64,000 nucleotides of DNA from positions 19,465,062-19,529,061 of the forward strand of contig NC_068984.1 in the NCBI RefSeq assembly GCF_001194135.2. The letters are read 5' to 3'. The notes beneath the pieces were generated by a model. The model was not told where the DNA came from and ran no database searches. It was given only the letters and a program-made list of their open reading frames with translations. The DNA comes from Octopus bimaculoides. Lineage: Eukaryota. The translations under genes were made by a program, and so were the position numbers. Below are positions 1 to 64,000 of this stretch, piece by piece (within the stretch, counting starts at the first letter, position 1; every line of letters begins with the position of its first letter).

Positions 1-42
1 TAATCGATATTAATTAATATATGATTTTTTACCCTATTTTTT

Positions 43-108
<66 letters not shown>

Positions 109-296
109 ATATATACATAAACATATATACATACACACACACACATGCACACATGTATATGTATGTGTGTGTTATATATATATATATATATATATTATAA
201 AATATTATACATATAGAATAAATTCAAATATGAATTAGAAGCAGTGGTAGTGTAGTAAACATTGTGTGTGTGTTTGTGTGTATGTATATGTATAAA

Positions 297-343
<47 letters not shown>

Positions 344-377
344 ACACACACACACACATAAACTTCTTAACTACACA

Positions 378-525
378 AGTATGGTTGGGAAGTTTGCTTC
401 TCAGCCACATGATTCCAGGTTCAGTCCCACCACATGGCACCTTACGCAAGTGTCTTCTACTATATTCCCAGGTCAATCAAAACCTTGTGAGTGAATATAG
501 TAGATGGTAACTAAAAGAAGCCTGA
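378..525 (+). mobile_element. SINE family B head, truncated
   Basis: CAGCCACATGATTCCAGGTTCAGTCCCAC...GGCACCTTACGCAAGTGTCTTCTACTATA matches the 5' part of the copy at 52224. Confidence 0.75.
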
Positions 526-584
526 CATGCATAGGCTGGTGATTTAACCTGCAGTGCCGTGAAATGTTCAAAAGTGTAGTTTGT

Positions 585-680
585 TCATCTTTGTCTGTCT
601 GTCTGTCCGTCTGTCTGTCTGTCCGTCTGTCTGTCTGTCCGTCTGTCTGTCTGTCCGTCTGTCTGTCTCTCTGTGTTTGT
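585..680. repeat. (CTGT)n/(CCGT) tetranucleotide microsatellite
   Basis: Visible directly; source of the RQTD-type junk ORF. Confidence 0.95.
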
Positions 681-996
681 GAGATGAATGATGTTACATA
701 AGTGACACTTATGTAACTAACACACATTGCAAACCAACTGTCAACTAATGGAATAAACATCTATTCTCTTACTTCACTTATCTCATCTGGTCAATTTTTA
801 TATGTACTCTTCACCATTGCAATTCTGGGATTTTCAGAACAATGATGAGGTTACATCCTAGTCTTAACCATGCTTTTTTGTGACAGCCACACACCAGGTG
901 GGAGTTTAATGTTATCTCTGTCTGATTCTTTGAATGCCTATTCTGATACACATAAATATGTGTATAGATTGTTTCAAGTGTTATACAGATTTTATA

Positions 997-1610
997 CAGG
1001 GTGAGTAAGGTAATTGAGGACATACATTCTTTTGGGTCATTGCTGCATTTTTGATTAATTTTGTATAATCTTTGTTTCAGAAAATAATAATGATGGCAGA
1101 CCCTCAGCTTACTCAAGAAATGAAGAAGCATGCTGTTATTGTGGTTATAAAGGCTGAGCATAGCGATTTAGAAATATCTCGATTTTTAAAAGTTGACAGA
1201 TCTTTTGCCTACAAAGTTTGTTAGGAGCTAGAAACTGATGATGGAAATGTATCACCAGTATCAAAGCATAAAAAGCATTCTAAATGCTCTGAAACCATCA
1301 GAACACCTGAATTTATCCAGCAAGTTCAACAGACCATTGATTACAATCCCAGAGAGTCTATGAGGTCAATTGCAAAAGATCTCCATGTGTCAGAAGGAAC
1401 AGTCAGAAATGTTGTCCACAAAGACATCAGATATAAGTCTTATATGATGAGGAAAGGTTAATTTGTCAGAAAAAGCAAAAGAAAATCAGTACATCAGATC
1501 TAAAAGGTTTTTAAACAAACTGAAAAACCCAGCAGAAAATTTGATTTAGCTTTTCTCAAATGAGAAAAACTTTGACCAAGATCAAAAAGTTAACAGAAGA
1601 AATGACAGAT
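997..1610 (+). mobile_element. Tc1/mariner-superfamily transposase relic (DD37D/maT-like), 3'-truncated
   Basis: TA|CAGGGTG terminus, then MADPQLTQEMKKHAVI...IRTPEFIQQVQQTIDYNPRESMRSIAKDLHVSEGTVRNVV...FSNEKNFDQDQKVNRRNDR with stops and a frameshift. This is an HTH region followed by the first catalytic motif (FSDEK-type). Confidence 0.8.
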
Positions 1611-1654
1611 ATTTCAAACCTGGGTTCTCATTCCTAAGGTATTTTTCGATGTTG

Positions 1655-1690
<36 letters not shown>

Positions 1691-1754
1691 TCACTGCCTG
1701 GAATCGAACTAAGAATCTTGGGGTTAGTAGCCCACGCTCTTAACCACTATGCCA
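1611..1754 (-). mobile_element. Short tRNA-derived element: tRNA-like head, (AAT)n spacer and short 3' segment
   Basis: Minus strand reads TGGCATAGTGG (A box)...GTTCGATTCC (B box) AGGCAGTGACCTG(AAT)n. Acceptor stem is poor. Confidence 0.7.
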
Positions 1755-2665
1755 GTTCACATATATACATGCCTGGTATCAGTTATACAAATATGGTTAT
1801 ATATACAACTATGCTCACATGTATACACACTTTGTTTACATACATACTTACAATCCTGCAGGTTCAGCGACACACATCATATACAACACATAAACACACA
1901 CATTCACATATATACATCATACACACTCACCTGTCTCTCAGCTATTTATACCACAACCAGATATGTCGACATGAGGTAACATTATGAAAGGATAAATGAG
2001 AATTTGTTACGTTAATGTCTTTCCAAAGCAAATTAATAAGACAAATAATGTGAAATGACTGAAAATGAGGAATTGCAAATGTGTTAGCAATTTTATTTAC
2101 TGCTAACTTGGTTTTGGTTTAACATTGCTTTTTGATGCGGTTTCACCATATATATATATCCAACACATCATACATCAAGCATAAACAATAGTGTTGAAGC
2201 AATTGTTTCTCTGATGCTTACTAGGAAGGCATAATTTCAGCAATGGCCAACTCTAACCTCATAATTATATCTCGTGGTAATTACTTATTAATTAAGGTAT
2301 CATTTGTTTAAAAAAAAAAATGTAATGGTAATTGTCATTATGTATAAGAGTATGTACAAACGGAAAACTATTCAGATGATATATGCTATTAATAGGAGAG
2401 ATTTCCAGACACAATTCAAGACATTTTGATGCAAATATCAATACTTATGAAGGACAGAGTGCGTAGCATTTAAATAAATGCTACACACACACATACAATA
2501 CATATATATGTATGTTTAGACATAAATGTTAAATTTAGATTATTATTTTCAAGTGAGTTTTAGAATAAGAACAGAACATCTACAAATGGGGTGAATCAAT
2601 GCAGAGAGTAGAATCAAATATATTGTAAGATTTATAACAGCCACTTCAACTAGTATGCATGTATC

Positions 2666-2704
<39 letters not shown>

Positions 2705-2737
2705 ATGCATGCACACACATACAAACATGCATGTATA

Positions 2738-2957
2738 AGGCGGCGAGCTGGCAGAAATGTTAGCACGCCAGGCGAAATGCTTAGCAGTATTTCATCTGCC
2801 GCTACATTCTGAGTTCAAATTACGCCGAGGTCGACTTTGCCTTTCATCCTTTCAGGGTCGATTAAATAAGTACCAGTTACGCACTGGGGTCAATATAATC
2901 GACTTAATCCTTGTTTGTCCCCTCTGTGTGTAGCCCCTTGTGGGCAGTAAAGAAATA
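2738..2957 (+). mobile_element. SINE family A, full-length copy with target-site duplication
   Basis: GGCGAGCTGGCAGAA...GAGTTCAAATT...TTTGCCTTTCATCCTTT...AAGTACCAGTT. Flanked by acaaacatgcatgtata (2721-2737) and acaaacatgcatctata (2958-2974). Confidence 0.9.
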
Positions 2958-2982
2958 ACAAACATGCATCTATATATATATC

Positions 2983-3333
2983 ATCATCATCATTTAACGT
3001 CTGTTTTCCATTCTGACAGTTTGACTGAAAACTGGTAAGCTGGGGAGGTGCACCAGGCTCCAATCTGATTTGGCATGGTTTCTACAGCCAGATGTCCTTC
3101 CTAACGCCAACCACTCTAAGAGTGTAGTGGGTGCTTTTTATGTGCCAGTGACAAAACACCAGCATCAGCCACAACTATGATCTCACTTGGCTCGACAGGT
3201 CTTCTCAAGCTTGGAATATTGCCAAAGGTCTCAGTCACTTGTCGCTGCCTCCATGAGGCCCAAAGTTCAAGGGGTACTTTTTACATGCCACAAGCATAGG
3301 TGCCAGTTACGCAATACTTGCACCCGTGCCAGT

Positions 3334-3340
<7 letters not shown>
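2983..3340 (-). mobile_element. Family C retroposon, (ATG)n-tailed
   Basis: Matches the copies at 18801 and 63177 (CTACAGC...GGATG.CCTTCCTAACGCCAACCACT); (CAT)n tail at left. Confidence 0.85.
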
Positions 3341-3372
<32 letters not shown>

Positions 3373-3432
3373 AGTTGTTTCTGTTGAATGATCTAACTAA
3401 TTAATGTCCAAGGAGTATTTTTTTATGCTCAC

Positions 3433-62294
<58,862 letters not shown>

Positions 62295-62399
62295 CTTTAA
62301 AAAATACAAAAATATTTTTAAGAGAATTTTTATTTTTTCAATTTTACATTTTTTGAAAGAACAGAAACAATAGAAGCACTAATAATGATATTATTTTTT

Positions 62400-62800
62400 G
62401 TTTCTTGTTACCTGTATCAGACACTGGTCTGTGGCCATGCTGGAGCACTGCCATGAAGGTTTAGTCAATTAAATCAACTTCAGTTCTTATTTTTTGAAAC
62501 TCTGGTACTTATTTTACCATTTATTCTTCCAAACTTCCAAGTTATGAGCACATAAACAAACCAACACAGGTGGTCGGTAGGGAAGAGAGGCAAACACACA
62601 CACAAAGACTTGCACACACATAAATACACACACAAACACACACACATATATACGCATAAATGGCAGGCTTCTACACAGTTTCTCTCTACTAAATTCTTTC
62701 AGAAGGTATTGGTCAGCCCAGGGATACAATAGAAAACAGTTGCCCAAGGGGCCAAACAGTAGGACTGAACCTGTAACCACATGATGGCTGCAAAGCAAGC
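62400..62800 (-). mobile_element. SINE family B, diverged
   Basis: GTGGCCATGCTGGAGCAC...TTGCCCAAGGGGCC. Confidence 0.75.
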
Positions 62801-63176
62801 ATATGAAGTAATAGATTTTACAATTTAAAATGAAGTTTGATAACAAAAAACAAAACAAAACAATATTGTTAAAAATATTGTCGGGCACTTCATTTTTCTC
62901 ATGAGCTGTAAAGTCATTGAGAATGCACTATTATTGTCCTTACAATGTCATAAAATATTTTTACTGCTAGTCTTTATATGTTTTTTCTTTTCTATTTTAT
63001 GAATAATAGTATAACTGGTTAGTTTCTCAATGGCCCAATGACTGGTTCACTGGATTTATAATGGCAAGAGTGAAAAGAGACAAGAGACATTGTGCAACTT
63101 GTAAAGAACAAATATCGCAAGGGACTTTGTTCAAAGGCACCAGTTTATCACGTTCCTCATGGGTATTTATATGTTT

Positions 63177-63385
63177 CATCATCATCATCATCATCATCAT
63201 CGTCGTTTAACGTCCGCTTTCCATGCTAGCATGGGTTGGACGATTTGACTGAGGACTGGCAAGCCAGAAGGCTGCACCAGGCTCCAATCTGATCTGGCAG
63301 AGTTTCTACAGCTGGATGCCCTTCCTAACGCCAACCACTCTGAGAGTGTAGTGGGTGCGTTTACGTGCCACCAGCATAAGGCAAG
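63177..63385 (-). mobile_element. Family C retroposon, young copy
   Basis: High similarity to 8067-8240 and, in reverse, 19070-19265. Confidence 0.9.
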
Positions 63386-63624
63386 CACACATATGTATAA
63401 AGATTCTGTCTACCAAATTCCACTTATTGGTCAGTTCAAGGCCATGGTTGAAGACATCCGTATAGTGGGATGTAACTCAGAATAATGTAATTGCAAAATA
63501 AATCCTTTTAACCACATAAGCATGTTTACTGTTGATCATGGGAATATGAATTTACTAGAGTATACAAATGTCTTCCCAGAATCTTTATTGACAACATAGA
63601 CATTAATTCAATTAAAGTAATTAA

Positions 63625-63825
63625 GGCAGTGAATTGACAGAATAATTAGCATGCTAGATGAAACACTTAATAGCATTTCTTCTGGCTCTTTACAAATGCA
63701 GCCAAGGTGAACTTTGCCTTTTATCCTTTCATGATTGAGAACAGAAAAATCTGTTAAGCACTAGGGTTGATGTAATTGAGTCCCCCTCCCCTTAAAAATA
63801 TTGCTGGCCTTGTGTCAAAATTAAA
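63625..63825 (+). mobile_element. SINE family A, diverged
   Basis: GGCAGTGAATTGACAGAA...CTTTGCCTTTTATCCTTT...GGCCTTGTGTCAAAA. Confidence 0.75.
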
Positions 63826-64000
63826 ATAATTAATTAAAATAATAACTGCCATATTTATTCATGTGGTTAAGTTGGATCCCTAATTCGGTGTTAAACCTTG
63901 GCAAAAAAATTTGTCCTTTCATAGTTTTAACTTTGCTTTAAGTATAAGTTATGACAGTTTTTGCAATTAAAATCGATTATAAGAGGAGAGTGATTTATAC

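Noticed and set aside
1235-1250. CTGATGA...GAAA as a hammerhead core (also 8691, 17348 and 45073)
   Set aside because: No stem II or stem III can form; the first lies inside the transposase relic.

Overview
AT-rich animal genomic DNA with many microsatellites and several N gaps. The repeat landscape (tRNA/CORE-type SINEs with internal microsatellites, RTE, R4-like and Penelope-like relics) suggests an octopus/coleoid cephalopod draft assembly; this is an inference, not a search result. Almost the whole window is the middle of one large minus-strand gene encoding a long spectrin-repeat rod (nesprin-1/Msp300-like). I hand-spliced 18 GT-AG exons from 62294 down to about 3433 into one open frame of about 1227 aa, with no start or stop codon in the window. 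Three of these exons are absent from the supplied ORF track. Every intron is phase 0, and the first 12 exons repeat four times as about 327/153/165 nt with residues conserved in register. The introns hold at least five SINE-like families, three different R4/Dong-like 3' ends ending in (AAT)n, three RTE relics, a Penelope-like RT relic, a mariner-like transposase relic, hAT and piggyBac-type MITEs, Helitron/Helentron-like elements and several long foldbacks, one with a degenerate hammerhead-ribozyme-like motif. No CRISPR, rRNA or intact tRNA gene was seen. Exon boundaries are read to the base; repeat boundaries are approximate.
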